Of a DNA stretch of 32,000 nucleotides, positions 19,121-28,064 are shown piece by piece (the first letter of the stretch is position 1; every line of letters begins with the position of its first letter). Origin of the DNA: an uncultured Lentisphaeria bacterium (GTDB lineage: Bacteria; Verrucomicrobiota; Lentisphaeria; JABSQK01; JAJFLO01); the NCBI GenBank assembly GCA_951812855.1, contig OX638337.1:1110001-1142000 (forward strand), read 5' to 3'. A program made the position numbers and the translations under genes. Under the pieces are notes generated by a model. The model saw only the letters and a list, made by a program, of their open reading frames with translations, did not search any database and was not told where the DNA came from.

Positions 19121-19165
19121 GTGATCCTCCCTTAAATTTAATAAGGACATAATATTAACAGACAA

Positions 19166-20275
19166 TCATTGTAATAATCTGTCTTTTTCTTCTGCTGAAT
19201 ACTCTTTCACATTATAATCAACTTCTTCAGATCCAACTTCTCTGGCTATAGTTTGATTTTTGCCTACACTTACTATTTTGTAAATTTCTTCATTCCCATT
19301 TGAGTCTTTCAATGGAATTGCTTCATTCAACATTATTTTTATTTTGCTTGCTCTTTTATTGTAAATATAGACAAATTCGTAAAAATCATTGTGAGCGTAA
19401 GCACGTTTCTTAGGCAATAGCGTTATTGGTTCTTCATTACCTTTCTGTATAGTAATCGAAGAATCTGCAACTGTAATCTTATCGTTTAATTTTTCCGTGT
19501 ACTGAGCATCTTTTATGACATATCCCCCCGACTTTTGAATCTCTTTTCCTATTCTCAAAAAATCGGATTTCCATTTCTTGCCAGATTTATAACTAACATG
19601 AATATCCCAGTTGCTTTTATCATCGGGCTGATTATTAGTATTGATTTTTTTAAGCCTGGCGTTTATGGATTGTCGCACTCTTTTTAAAAATCGCAAGCGA
19701 GTGATAAGTTTAGGTCGGGATTCGGAATCACTCAAATCTGTTTCTCTATTATATTCTTCGATATTGCTGAACCCATCTCCATCGAGATCAAGTCTCGCAT
19801 CTCCGGCTTCCTTCTTGTCAAGCCCTTTTTGAGTTTCTACAAAATCGGGAATTCCATCGGAATCAGAGTCGTCTGAATCCGACATATCTGAATTTGCAGA
19901 TTCAGCTAACAAATTTGACTTCTCGGTAAATGGACTGCGTTTTGTCGTTCTGTGCAATAAATAAGGTGAACCGTCCAGGCTGTGAACAAATTTCCCCGGG
20001 TGCACTAACGAACCTTCCCCAAAACCTTTTTTCCAAAGTTGTTTTGGGTCTGGCTCAAGCTGGATTGCTAACAGTTCATCAGGAACTGATTCTATCTCAT
20101 TTGTTGGCAATTTTGCTTGTAAATCCTGATCGCTTTTATTGACTGCTTCCTGAGTTTTCTGTAAATCTTTCGTTTGGCAAACCAATACAATTGCAAATAT
20201 GATCAGGAGTATGCCCAGGATAATCTTGTCATAATAATTCTTGAAAAAATTTCCAATTAAATGCAAATACTTCAA
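19166..20275 (-). CDS. Membrane-anchored protein with thrombospondin-type-3-like Ca-binding repeats and a C-terminal beta domain (PilP position; Amuc_1099-like)
   Basis: 369 aa. The TTG start lies 5 nt after the upstream stop, with AAGGA 9 nt upstream. There is an N-terminal TM helix (IILGILLIIFAIVLV). Asp-rich repeats are DSDDSDSDGIPDFVE and DLDGDGFSNIEEY (DxDxDG type). The C-terminal ~170 aa look beta-rich. Confidence 0.6.
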   Translation of the reverse strand: MKYLHLIGNFFKNYYDKIILGILLIIFAIVLVCQTKDLQKTQEAVNKSDQDLQAKLPTNEIESVPDELLAIQLEPDPKQLWKKGFGEGSLVHPGKFVHSLDGSPYLLHRTTKRSPFTEKSNLLAESANSDMSDSDDSDSDGIPDFVETQKGLDKKEAGDARLDLDGDGFSNIEEYNRETDLSDSESRPKLITRLRFLKRVRQSINARLKKINTNNQPDDKSNWDIHVSYKSGKKWKSDFLRIGKEIQKSGGYVIKDAQYTEKLNDKITVADSSITIQKGNEEPITLLPKKRAYAHNDFYEFVYIYNKRASKIKIMLNEAIPLKDSNGNEEIYKIVSVGKNQTIAREVGSEEVDYNVKEYSAEEKDRLLQ

Positions 20276-20280
20276 AATCT

Positions 20281-21123
20281 TTATTCCTTTTTATGAAATT
20301 CAAAATAGTCAACGATCATAGTCGCAGTTAATTCTGCAGCTTTACTTGAAAAAGCCAATCTCTCACGCATGCTCAATGGGTTATCACTGTTTCGTCTTTT
20401 AGATGAAGGCGGATTCTTCATCTTAACCGCCCGGGTTTTAATTTCAAAAGTACGAAGTATGAAAAAATATTTGGCCTCATTCAAGGAATTCAAAAAGTGC
20501 TGAATTCTTTCAATGTCTCCAACCAATACTAACTCAAAAGGCATAAAATTATAAAACTCACGCTTTATCACTCTATGGTCACTAATTCGTCTGAATTTTA
20601 CAAGTCTGTCAACCTGGGCCTGTGACACTAAGTAAATTAATTCATTAATTATTTCAATTTGTTTACGCATAAGACTTATTTCTTCGTTGTTAGGCAGAAC
20701 ATCCGGCTGCATATACTTATCATACGAAAAATATTTGAGATCATCCGGCATATAAACATCTTCACCTCTCAACAAATTTTCCATTTTAATGCAGAATTGG
20801 CGTAGATAAAGCTTAAATTTTAGAGGCGTCATGTCCGCATCAACAACGGGTGCAGCGAATTGTTCCTCTAACTGTTTTATCGTTTCATCAAACTCTTCTT
20901 GTATTTTACTGTAATTCTTTTCTGCCCGAATAACGTTATCAGTAATCAACGCATATTTACTGGTTATGAACCCTTCCTCAGCAGCAATGATTTTGTCTAC
21001 ATCAACTTTAAATTTTTGAATCTGATTATTTTGCCCCGCTATAAGAACGGCTCCAATAATGCCGGACAGGACTGTTGAAGCTATAATAATAATCAAAAAT
21101 AAGTGTTTCTTAACAAACTGCAT
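20281..21123 (-). CDS. PilO-like bitopic membrane protein (Amuc_1100-like)
   Basis: 280 aa. It has an N-terminal TM helix (LFLIIIIASTVLSGIIGAVLIAG), a coiled-coil-like middle, and a C-terminal PilO-type block, FMPFELVLVGDIERIQHFLNSLNEAKYFFILRTFEIKT. Several blocks parallel what I remember of Akkermansia Amuc_1100 (see findings). Confidence 0.55.
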   Translation of the reverse strand: MQFVKKHLFLIIIIASTVLSGIIGAVLIAGQNNQIQKFKVDVDKIIAAEEGFITSKYALITDNVIRAEKNYSKIQEEFDETIKQLEEQFAAPVVDADMTPLKFKLYLRQFCIKMENLLRGEDVYMPDDLKYFSYDKYMQPDVLPNNEEISLMRKQIEIINELIYLVSQAQVDRLVKFRRISDHRVIKREFYNFMPFELVLVGDIERIQHFLNSLNEAKYFFILRTFEIKTRAVKMKNPPSSKRRNSDNPLSMRERLAFSSKAAELTATMIVDYFEFHKKE

Positions 21124-21137
21124 GAAACTACCTTAAT

Positions 21138-23048
21138 CTATCGCTTTGTGATTATAGGATTTACAAGTCTAAGTTGAATCTTAAAGGTTGTTAGATTTCT
21201 TGTCTTTTCACTAAAATTTGTTTCTAAAATACGAGTTTCGTCAGGATTCTCTGAAAACATTTCATTCCATTGTAAACTCTCCAGAAAGACTTCGGGTAAA
21301 ATCATATCCGATTTCATTTCGTTTTCTTCCCAGAATCCCTGATAATTTTCAAGCTCCTTTTGTGCTTTATCTCCGGCATCTAACACAATTTCTGCATTTT
21401 GAATTTCCAGACTGCTGAGAATACCTTCAAATTTCTCAACCTGCTCATCGGTATAAAGCTTCCTGGACGGTTCAGTACTTGGAATCGCGATTGCACTGCC
21501 AACGATATTAAACCAGGCATACTCATCTCTCCCGACAGCCGTACTCTTGCCCGATTTTTTACGCACAAATGGGTTTGATGTGCTGGATTTCCTTTTACTC
21601 TTTGACAACGCTGTTTTAGGCGACTTTAACTTTGTAATCTCTTCCAGCCATACATCTTGGGGTTTATGTAATTGAAGTGCGTTTAAAAAATTGCTCCAGT
21701 CATACCGGCGATCTAATAAATCCTTTATTGAATTGAACTGTGCAAATACTTTTTTCTGCTTGTCTTCCGCGGCATTTATCTGAATTTTAATGTTATTCAG
21801 ACGCTCAACATTCGCCCTCTTTTTCTGAGATGTATCCTTGAATAAGGTTGCAGTCTTAGTTTTTACAGCAAATACAATTGCGAAAATTGATAACCAAATG
21901 CACAGACTCCCAATCAAAAAAGGCTTTTGAGTCGCAAATGATTGACTTTTACGTAAAGTCTCGGGGATTAAACTAATTTCAACTGGACATTTCAGGGAAC
22001 TTCTAAGTGCTAATCCGACACTCTCGGGCATCATATGTACAACTTTTTCAAGTTGTTTTACATCCATTGACTCCCCTGTTTTAACTATTTTAAACGGATT
22101 AAAATAGCTCACTTCCATTCTTAATTTTTCTGAAAAGAATGTATCGGTGCAAGCCATTGCAGAACTTCCGCCGGAAAGGTATAAACAGGATGGCTTATTT
22201 CCTTTCTGCTGCGTACGGTAAACACTAATTGATCGATTTATCTCGCCATGCAGACGGGTCATGACGTTACGTACAATCTTTGAAATTGTTGCGGCAACTT
22301 CAGACTCGGGCTCTTCATAAGCTCCTCCGAGGGCAACAAAACCATGACGCTTTTTCAATGTATCGGCTTCTTCTGTACTAATATTAAACTCTTTTGCAAT
22401 CTGCTGTGTTATTGAAAATCCACCAATTGGAATTGTTCTGGCAAAAAAACGTTGTCCATCTAAAAATAATAACGTTGTGCAACGACCGCCAATATTTAAG
22501 ACCATGTCACATCCGTTATTTCCAATACGATTTGCCCGTGCAGCGTTATAAAGAACGGATGGTGCGAAATCGACAATGTGAATACTTAAACCCGCATTAC
22601 CAACAGCATCGATTATGCTTTCAACAATATCGTTTTTAATAACAACAAACATAACCTCCGGTCCTTCTTCAGCTCCAGCCAGCAGCTGATAATCCCAAAT
22701 AACTCCATCCATTGGAAACGGTACATTTTGCTTTGCTTCATATTCAACGATTTGCTTAATTCTGGATTCTTCTTCGGATACTGGCGGGAGATTAACGAAT
22801 CTGAGAAATGCCGCTTGACCGGATACACAAACGGAAGCTTTTCGAGTTGAAAAATTACCCTCCTCCAAAGCCTCTGCAAGTGCTTTTGTAATGACGTCTG
22901 TTCTATTGGCTTCACTAACCTGATCAACATAGTCCGCTTGCTGAAAACCATGGAGAATCAGTCCACCGTTAGCAGGAAATTCAAATTCACTGACCCTTAC
23001 AGCGGTAGAGCCGATATCAATTGCCAGAGATCTGTCTAATTTCGCCAT
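21138..23048 (-). CDS. PilM-PilN fusion protein (actin-like ATPase-fold PilM domain + TM + PilN-like periplasmic region; Amuc_1101-like)
   Basis: 636 aa. The N-terminus reads LAIDIGSTAVRVSEF, followed by LNIGGRCTTLLF and LYLSGGSS, which are FtsA/PilM actin-like phosphate and adenosine motifs. At residues ~357-366, EISLIPETLRK resembles the PilN N-terminal INLLP motif. A TM helix follows (FLIGSLCIWLSIFAIVFAV), then a coiled coil, then a PilN-type RYDWSNFLNALQLHKPQDVWLEEI block. Confidence 0.8.
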   Translation of the reverse strand: MAKLDRSLAIDIGSTAVRVSEFEFPANGGLILHGFQQADYVDQVSEANRTDVITKALAEALEEGNFSTRKASVCVSGQAAFLRFVNLPPVSEEESRIKQIVEYEAKQNVPFPMDGVIWDYQLLAGAEEGPEVMFVVIKNDIVESIIDAVGNAGLSIHIVDFAPSVLYNAARANRIGNNGCDMVLNIGGRCTTLLFLDGQRFFARTIPIGGFSITQQIAKEFNISTEEADTLKKRHGFVALGGAYEEPESEVAATISKIVRNVMTRLHGEINRSISVYRTQQKGNKPSCLYLSGGSSAMACTDTFFSEKLRMEVSYFNPFKIVKTGESMDVKQLEKVVHMMPESVGLALRSSLKCPVEISLIPETLRKSQSFATQKPFLIGSLCIWLSIFAIVFAVKTKTATLFKDTSQKKRANVERLNNIKIQINAAEDKQKKVFAQFNSIKDLLDRRYDWSNFLNALQLHKPQDVWLEEITKLKSPKTALSKSKRKSSTSNPFVRKKSGKSTAVGRDEYAWFNIVGSAIAIPSTEPSRKLYTDEQVEKFEGILSSLEIQNAEIVLDAGDKAQKELENYQGFWEENEMKSDMILPEVFLESLQWNEMFSENPDETRILETNFSEKTRNLTTFKIQLRLVNPIITKR

Positions 23049-23062
23049 ATTAATTTACTAAT

Positions 23063-23821
23063 TTACTCTTTCTCTTTCTTTTTTTTGCTGGAAATATTCG
23101 TTAATTTATCTGAAATAATTGAATTGTATGAACCATAGCTGGCCCATTCCCAAGGCGTTTCACGGCGTCCCTTTAGCCCGGTATTATCTAATTTTATTAC
23201 TTCCCCTTTAAACCAACTTTCATTTGAATTAAACGGAAAAAAATTAGCCGGCAGTGAAGAGCCGGTCCTTAGATCATCCCCTCGCCACCAGACATTTGCT
23301 ACCAGTCTTTTACCGTCATAAACCTTTAATTTAACAAAAATCCCATCTCTTACTATCTGCGAGCCATAACGCTCATAAGCATTAGATTCAATGTATAACA
23401 CGGCATAATGTTTAACAGGAACATTTGCTTTGCCTGCTTTAACACTGCCATAAGTAATATCTTTTTTCATTAAAACTGAATGCTGAATCAACGGTGGATC
23501 GTTGCTTTTTCCAGTTTTACTTCCGGCAATTATTACATTCCAGGAAAATAATAGCTTATCTATCCAGGAATATTTACTATTTCTTGTATTTTTCTGTTGA
23601 GCATTTGAGCTGGCATTATAGTTCACAGTGATCCTAAGATACTGAGACTTTGAGTCCAGTGGCAATCCAGGCACTCGATTATCTGTAGGTCGAATTTTTA
23701 CTTTTTGGGTAGTAATTCCCAAAATTTTAATCTTTGCACGCGGTACATTGACACGGGATTGTGCTGTTCCGGGGAATGTAAAAATTAACAGAGTAACGAA
23801 TATAATTGAAAGGTATTTCAT
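23063..23821 (-). CDS. Secreted beta-rich protein of unknown function, first gene of the pilus-like operon (Amuc_1102 position)
   Basis: I prefer ATG 23821 (MKYLSIIFVTLLIFTFPGTAQS, a signal peptide) over the track TTG at 23836. The protein is 252 aa with no Cys, Trp-rich blocks (WWRGDD, PWEWASYGSY) and a Lys-rich tail (SSKKKKEKE). There is no prepilin G/FTLIE motif. A 14-nt gap separates it from the PilM-N gene. Confidence 0.6.
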   Translation of the reverse strand: MKYLSIIFVTLLIFTFPGTAQSRVNVPRAKIKILGITTQKVKIRPTDNRVPGLPLDSKSQYLRITVNYNASSNAQQKNTRNSKYSWIDKLLFSWNVIIAGSKTGKSNDPPLIQHSVLMKKDITYGSVKAGKANVPVKHYAVLYIESNAYERYGSQIVRDGIFVKLKVYDGKRLVANVWWRGDDLRTGSSLPANFFPFNSNESWFKGEVIKLDNTGLKGRRETPWEWASYGSYNSIISDKLTNISSKKKKEKE

Positions 23822-23859
23822 TAGATATTTTCTCAATTATTAATAAATTACAGCACCTT

Positions 23860-23888
23860 TTTAAATGAGGTGCAGGCACAGCTGTCAA
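23860..23888 (-). promoter_or_regulatory. Candidate sigma70-type promoter of the pilus-like operon (TTGACA-N17-TTTAAA)
   Basis: The minus strand reads TTGACA (23888-23883), a 17-nt spacer gctgtgcctgcacctca, then TTTAAA (23865-23860). It lies about 40 nt upstream of the first gene's ATG. This is a sequence match only, in AT-rich DNA. Confidence 0.3.
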
Positions 23889-24005
23889 TGCTGTAAAGGC
23901 AGAGTGCAAAACGCAGCTTATGTCAGAAGAGTCGGTAACTAAAAATTTAACAAAATAAATTATTGAAAACTGTTATAACAACAATTTTTTGATAAAATTT
24001 TAGTA

Positions 24006-24965
24006 TCATTCAAAAAAATCCCATAATCTTCGGTTAAAACCATTTTTTACTGGATTTTGGTTTTTCCAAATATTGCCTTCATAATAGGAGATCGCTACGG
24101 CTTTTGGCAGTTCTGAACGTGCAAATACCAATTGCGAGGTCATTTCTACTACTTTTGCACGCATTTCTTTTTCTTTAGCAACCGCCTGAACACGTCTCAT
24201 TTCCGCTTTTGCTTGTGCAACCTGCTTGTCGGCAACAGCCTGTGCATCACGTAATCGAGCCCCGATATTATCAATTACTTCTATATCAGCAACATCTACA
24301 GAAACAATTTCAAATGACGTTCCTCTGTCAAGTGCGTGATCCAAAATGTACCGTGATATTAATTCAGGCTTTTCAAGTATATGTTTATGAGATTCAGCGT
24401 TTCCGATTGCAGCAATTATGCCTTCTCCAACTCTGGCAATTACAGTCTCTTCGTTCGCTCCGCCAATTAACTTTTCAAAATTTGTTCTGACTGTAATTCG
24501 CACTTTTACACCTAATCGAATTCCGTCACCTGTCACCCCTTTTATCATTGTAGATTTATCTTTCGGGCATACCAAAACCTTAGGCTCAACCGTCGTTTGG
24601 ACACCATCAATAACATCTCTTCCGGCTAGATCAATTGCTGCCAATCTGGAAAATTGATAATTTAATCCTGCCTTATTTGCCGCAATAGCAGCATCTGAAA
24701 CTGCCTTCAGATTTCCACCTGATAACGCATGGGCTTCTAATTCCTCAGATTCAATTGATAATCCCGCCTTGGTCAACATTATCAAATGAGATCCCACCAC
24801 AATTGGATTCAATCCACGGAGCCTCATTCCAATCATTTGGAAAACGGAAAGTCTTACACCGGAAGAAAATGCCTGGAGCCAAAACAGGAAGTAATTAAAG
24901 AAAACAATCAAAAATGCAACTGATAAAACAATGAAAATTATAAAAAACAGAGTCAAAATCGGCAT
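24006..24965 (-). CDS. floA: Flotillin-like protein FloA (UPF0365/YqfA family, SPFH domain)
   Basis: 319 aa and near-collinear with my memory of B. subtilis FloA. Shared blocks include MIGMRLRG, AHALSGGN, AAIDLAGRDV, RITVRTN.EKLIGGA.EETVIARVGEGI, FEIVSVDVADI and AQAKAE.RR..AVA.E.EMRA. Confidence 0.9.
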   Translation of the reverse strand: MPILTLFFIIFIVLSVAFLIVFFNYFLFWLQAFSSGVRLSVFQMIGMRLRGLNPIVVGSHLIMLTKAGLSIESEELEAHALSGGNLKAVSDAAIAANKAGLNYQFSRLAAIDLAGRDVIDGVQTTVEPKVLVCPKDKSTMIKGVTGDGIRLGVKVRITVRTNFEKLIGGANEETVIARVGEGIIAAIGNAESHKHILEKPELISRYILDHALDRGTSFEIVSVDVADIEVIDNIGARLRDAQAVADKQVAQAKAEMRRVQAVAKEKEMRAKVVEMTSQLVFARSELPKAVAISYYEGNIWKNQNPVKNGFNRRLWDFFE

Positions 24966-24971
24966 ACCTAA

Positions 24972-26471
24972 TCAGCTACTTGAACTATAGTTTGGTGCGT
25001 CCTTAATTACCTTGACATCGTGTGCATGTGCCTCGCGTAATCCAGAACTTGTTAAACGAATAAATCTTGCTTTACTTCTCAATTCCTTTAAGTCTCTGGA
25101 CCCGCAATATCCCAATGCAAATTTTAAGCCCCCTACATATTGAGTTAACGCAGCAGCAACAGACCCGGTGTACTGTACCAATCCTTCAATTCCCTGCGGT
25201 ACTAATTTATCATGGTCTTCTATTCCACTCTGAGAATATCTGTCTTTGCTCCCTTTGCCGCCTTTCATCGCTTCTAAACTGCCCATTCCCCGATAAACCA
25301 CATACGTCCTCCCCTGATGCAGTATTTTTTCCCCGGGACTCTCCTGAGTCCCGGCAAAAGCAGATCCCATCATAACTGTCGCCCCGCCAACAGCAATTGC
25401 TTTTGGAACATCTCCGGATTGTTTTACTCCTCCATCTGCGATTATGGGAATTTCTTCACCAACAGCCTTATACACATCATAAACAGATGAAAGTTGCGGG
25501 ATACCGACTCCTGTCACAATCCTGGTTGTGCAAATAGACCCGGGACCAATTCCAACTTTTAAGGCATCTGCTCCGGCATTAAGCAATTCCTTTGCAGCAT
25601 CACCGGTGCCGATATTACCTGCAACAATATCAACATTGGTAAATTCTTTTTTGACTCTTTTTATGGTTTCAATCACACCTTCAGTATGCCCATGGGCTGT
25701 ATCAATTACTAACGCATCAACACCAGCATTGGCCAGGCGTTCTATTCGTTCATAATCCAGTGGACCTATTGCTGCAGCAACGCATAATTTGTGATATTTG
25801 TCTCGGTTTATAACCGGCTCAACATTTTCAGTGAGACTCTTCACATCGTGAAAACTATATAATCCGCCTAAATTTCCCTGTTCATCAACAATCGGTAATT
25901 TGCCTATCTTATGTAACATCATAATTTCAAAAGCATCATCCAGCGTAGTCCCGACTGAGCCTGTGATAACGTCTGAGGTCATTGCTTCCTCTACGGGAAC
26001 ATTGACATTTCTAAGGAATTTAATATCTTTGGACGTAATAATACCAACCAAATGGCCCTGCTGATCAATAATTGGAAATCCCGAGAAATTATATTTACGT
26101 TCTTCTTTTTCTGCCAGTAAATTTTTTACTCTTATCCCTTTATGAAAAACAACCGGTTTTTCAATCAGGCCATTCAGATATCCTTTTACCTTTCTGACTT
26201 CTTCTGCCTGTAACTCCCGGGACATATTTCTATGAATAACGCCAATTCCACCATTTAGAGCCATAGCAATCGCCATTGATGCTTCTGTAACGGTATCCAT
26301 TGCAGCACTTACGAATGGTATTTTGAGTGAAATATTTCGACTGAACTTAGTCGTGACAGAGGTTTCATCCGGTTTAAAATCAGCATAAGAGGTACAAAGT
26401 GTCACGTCATCAAACGTCAATCCCACACCTGGAAATAATTCCATAAATTCCGGCACACTTCTATTTAGCAA
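24972..26471 (-). CDS. guaB: IMP dehydrogenase
   Basis: 499 aa. It has LTFDDV at the N-terminus, tandem CBS domains, the catalytic loop [12 protein letters not shown], and GGVKQSGD. The start is either TTG 26471 or ATG 26444. Confidence 0.95.
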   Translation of the reverse strand: MLNRSVPEFMELFPGVGLTFDDVTLCTSYADFKPDETSVTTKFSRNISLKIPFVSAAMDTVTEASMAIAMALNGGIGVIHRNMSRELQAEEVRKVKGYLNGLIEKPVVFHKGIRVKNLLAEKEERKYNFSGFPIIDQQGHLVGIITSKDIKFLRNVNVPVEEAMTSDVITGSVGTTLDDAFEIMMLHKIGKLPIVDEQGNLGGLYSFHDVKSLTENVEPVINRDKYHKLCVAAAIGPLDYERIERLANAGVDALVIDTAHGHTEGVIETIKRVKKEFTNVDIVAGNIGTGDAAKELLNAGADALKVGIGPGSICTTRIVTGVGIPQLSSVYDVYKAVGEEIPIIADGGVKQSGDVPKAIAVGGATVMMGSAFAGTQESPGEKILHQGRTYVVYRGMGSLEAMKGGKGSKDRYSQSGIEDHDKLVPQGIEGLVQYTGSVAAALTQYVGGLKFALGYCGSRDLKELRSKARFIRLTSSGLREAHAHDVKVIKDAPNYSSSS

Positions 26472-26575
26472 AATATCAAATTCCTTATTGCTTAAAATTA
26501 ATAAATTTAATCAACTGACTGTTTTTCCCTGTAATTACACAGTTAAATACCATATTATAATACAGTTTTAGTGCA

Positions 26576-26604
26576 ATTAAACACCTTCATAACTAAATAG
26601 TCAA
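26576..26604 (-). promoter_or_regulatory. Candidate sigma70-type promoter for guaB-floA (TTGACT-N17-TTTAAT)
   Basis: The minus strand reads TTGACT (26604-26599), a 17-nt spacer atttagttatgaaggtg, then TTTAAT (26581-26576), about 105 nt upstream of the guaB start. This is a sequence match only. Confidence 0.25.
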
Positions 26605-26634
26605 TTATGAAAATAAGTAACAATCATTGAAAAA

Positions 26635-28026
26635 ATGAAACAACTTCTTATTCACGAAATTTATCAAAAAGAACCTATTGATCAAGAGATTTGTGTTAAG
26701 GGATGGATAAAAACCAGGCGCGACTCTAAAGGGGGGTTTTCTTTTTTGGAAATCAATGATGGTTCATCGCTGAAAAATCTACAAATTATAGCTGACAATT
26801 CATTAAAAAATTATCAACAAGACATATTAAAATTGTTTCCCGGAGCTTCAGTAAAAGTAGAGGGAATACTTGTCAGTTCCCCCGGGGGAAACCAAAAAAT
26901 GGAGCTTAAAGCCGAATCAGTCAGGATTTATGGGTTTTCAGACGTAACAACTTATCCGCTTCAAAAACAAAGGATTTCATTTGAAAAATTAAGAGAAATA
27001 GCACACTTGCGAGGAAGAACAAATACGTTTGGTGCGGTCACCAGAGTTCGAAATGCCTTAAGCTTCGCAACCCATTGTTTTTTTCAGGAACGAAATTTTT
27101 ATTATCTCAATACTCCAATTATAACAACCAGTGACTGTGAAGGTGCCGGCCAACTTTTCCGTGTTACAACATTGGATTTTAATAATTTACCCAAAAATAA
27201 ACAGGGAAATATCAACTGCGAATCCGATTTTTTCAGCCAGGAAGCAAGTCTGACTGTAAGCGGTCAATTAGAAGCAGAAACCTATGCATGCGGATTAGGC
27301 AGGGTTTATACATTTGGGCCAACTTTCAGAGCGGAAAATTCTAATACAAGCCGACATCTCGCAGAGTTTTGGATGGTTGAACCTGAAATGGCTTTTACCA
27401 ATTTGACACAGGATATAGCACTTGCAGAAGATTATTTAAAATATCTGATCAATTATATTTTAAACCATTGTAAAGATGATCTGGAATTTTTCAATCTTCG
27501 CATTGAGAATTCGCTGCTTGAACAGCTTAATAAAATCGTAAGCAGTAAATTTATTACATTAACCTATACTGATGCTGTCAAGATACTTTCCAGGAATAGA
27601 AACTTTTCATTCCCCGTAGAATGGGGTATTGATCTCCAATCTGAGCATGAACAGTATTTAACCGAAGTTGAATTCAAGAAACCAGTTGTTTTAACAGATT
27701 ATCCAAAATCAATTAAACCATTTTATATGCGCATGAATGACGATAATAAAACAGTCGCTGCGATGGATGTCCTGCTGCCAAAAATTGGAGAAATTATTGG
27801 AGGAAGTCAACGTGAAGAACGACTTGATTGCTTACAAAACAGGCTGAAAGAACTGGATTTGCATGAAAATGATTATTGGTGGTATCTCGATCTCCGACGA
27901 TATGGAACCGTCCCTCACTCAGGCTTCGGTCTGGGGTTTGAGCGGCTTGTAAAATTGTGCACAGGCATGGGAAATATCAGGGATACGATTCCGTTCCCCC
28001 GAGTTCCAGGCAACGCAAAATTTTAA
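26635..28026 (+). CDS. asnS: Asparagine--tRNA ligase
   Basis: 463 aa. It is a class IIb synthetase with an N-terminal OB fold and the AsnRS-typical block [24 protein letters not shown], with GSQREER and GFGLGFERL near the C-terminus. Confidence 0.95.
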   Translation: MKQLLIHEIYQKEPIDQEICVKGWIKTRRDSKGGFSFLEINDGSSLKNLQIIADNSLKNYQQDILKLFPGASVKVEGILVSSPGGNQKMELKAESVRIYGFSDVTTYPLQKQRISFEKLREIAHLRGRTNTFGAVTRVRNALSFATHCFFQERNFYYLNTPIITTSDCEGAGQLFRVTTLDFNNLPKNKQGNINCESDFFSQEASLTVSGQLEAETYACGLGRVYTFGPTFRAENSNTSRHLAEFWMVEPEMAFTNLTQDIALAEDYLKYLINYILNHCKDDLEFFNLRIENSLLEQLNKIVSSKFITLTYTDAVKILSRNRNFSFPVEWGIDLQSEHEQYLTEVEFKKPVVLTDYPKSIKPFYMRMNDDNKTVAAMDVLLPKIGEIIGGSQREERLDCLQNRLKELDLHENDYWWYLDLRRYGTVPHSGFGLGFERLVKLCTGMGNIRDTIPFPRVPGNAKF

Positions 28027-28037
28027 TCGAGTCACCT

Positions 28038-28064
28038 TGTCGCAGCGTGCCAGCTGTCAGCGTG
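28038..28064. repeat. GC-rich direct repeat TGTC(G)CAGCGTG / TGTCAGCGTG, flanked by GTCAC ... GTCAC, between asnS and dnaK
   Basis: Read directly from 28031-28068: GTCAC ctt GTCGCAGCGTG ccagc TGTCAGCGTG TCAC. It stands out compositionally in an AT-rich intergenic region. Its function is unknown. Confidence 0.8.

Noticed and set aside
23853-23873. Stem-loop GCACCT-N9-AGGTGC between floA and the pilus-like operon, considered as a floA terminator
   Set aside because: It has only a 6-bp stem and a 9-nt loop, and no clean U-tract follows on the minus strand (tgtaatttatt). It also overlaps the spacer of the better-supported TTGACA-N17-TTTAAA promoter candidate. The call is ambiguous, so I did not make it.
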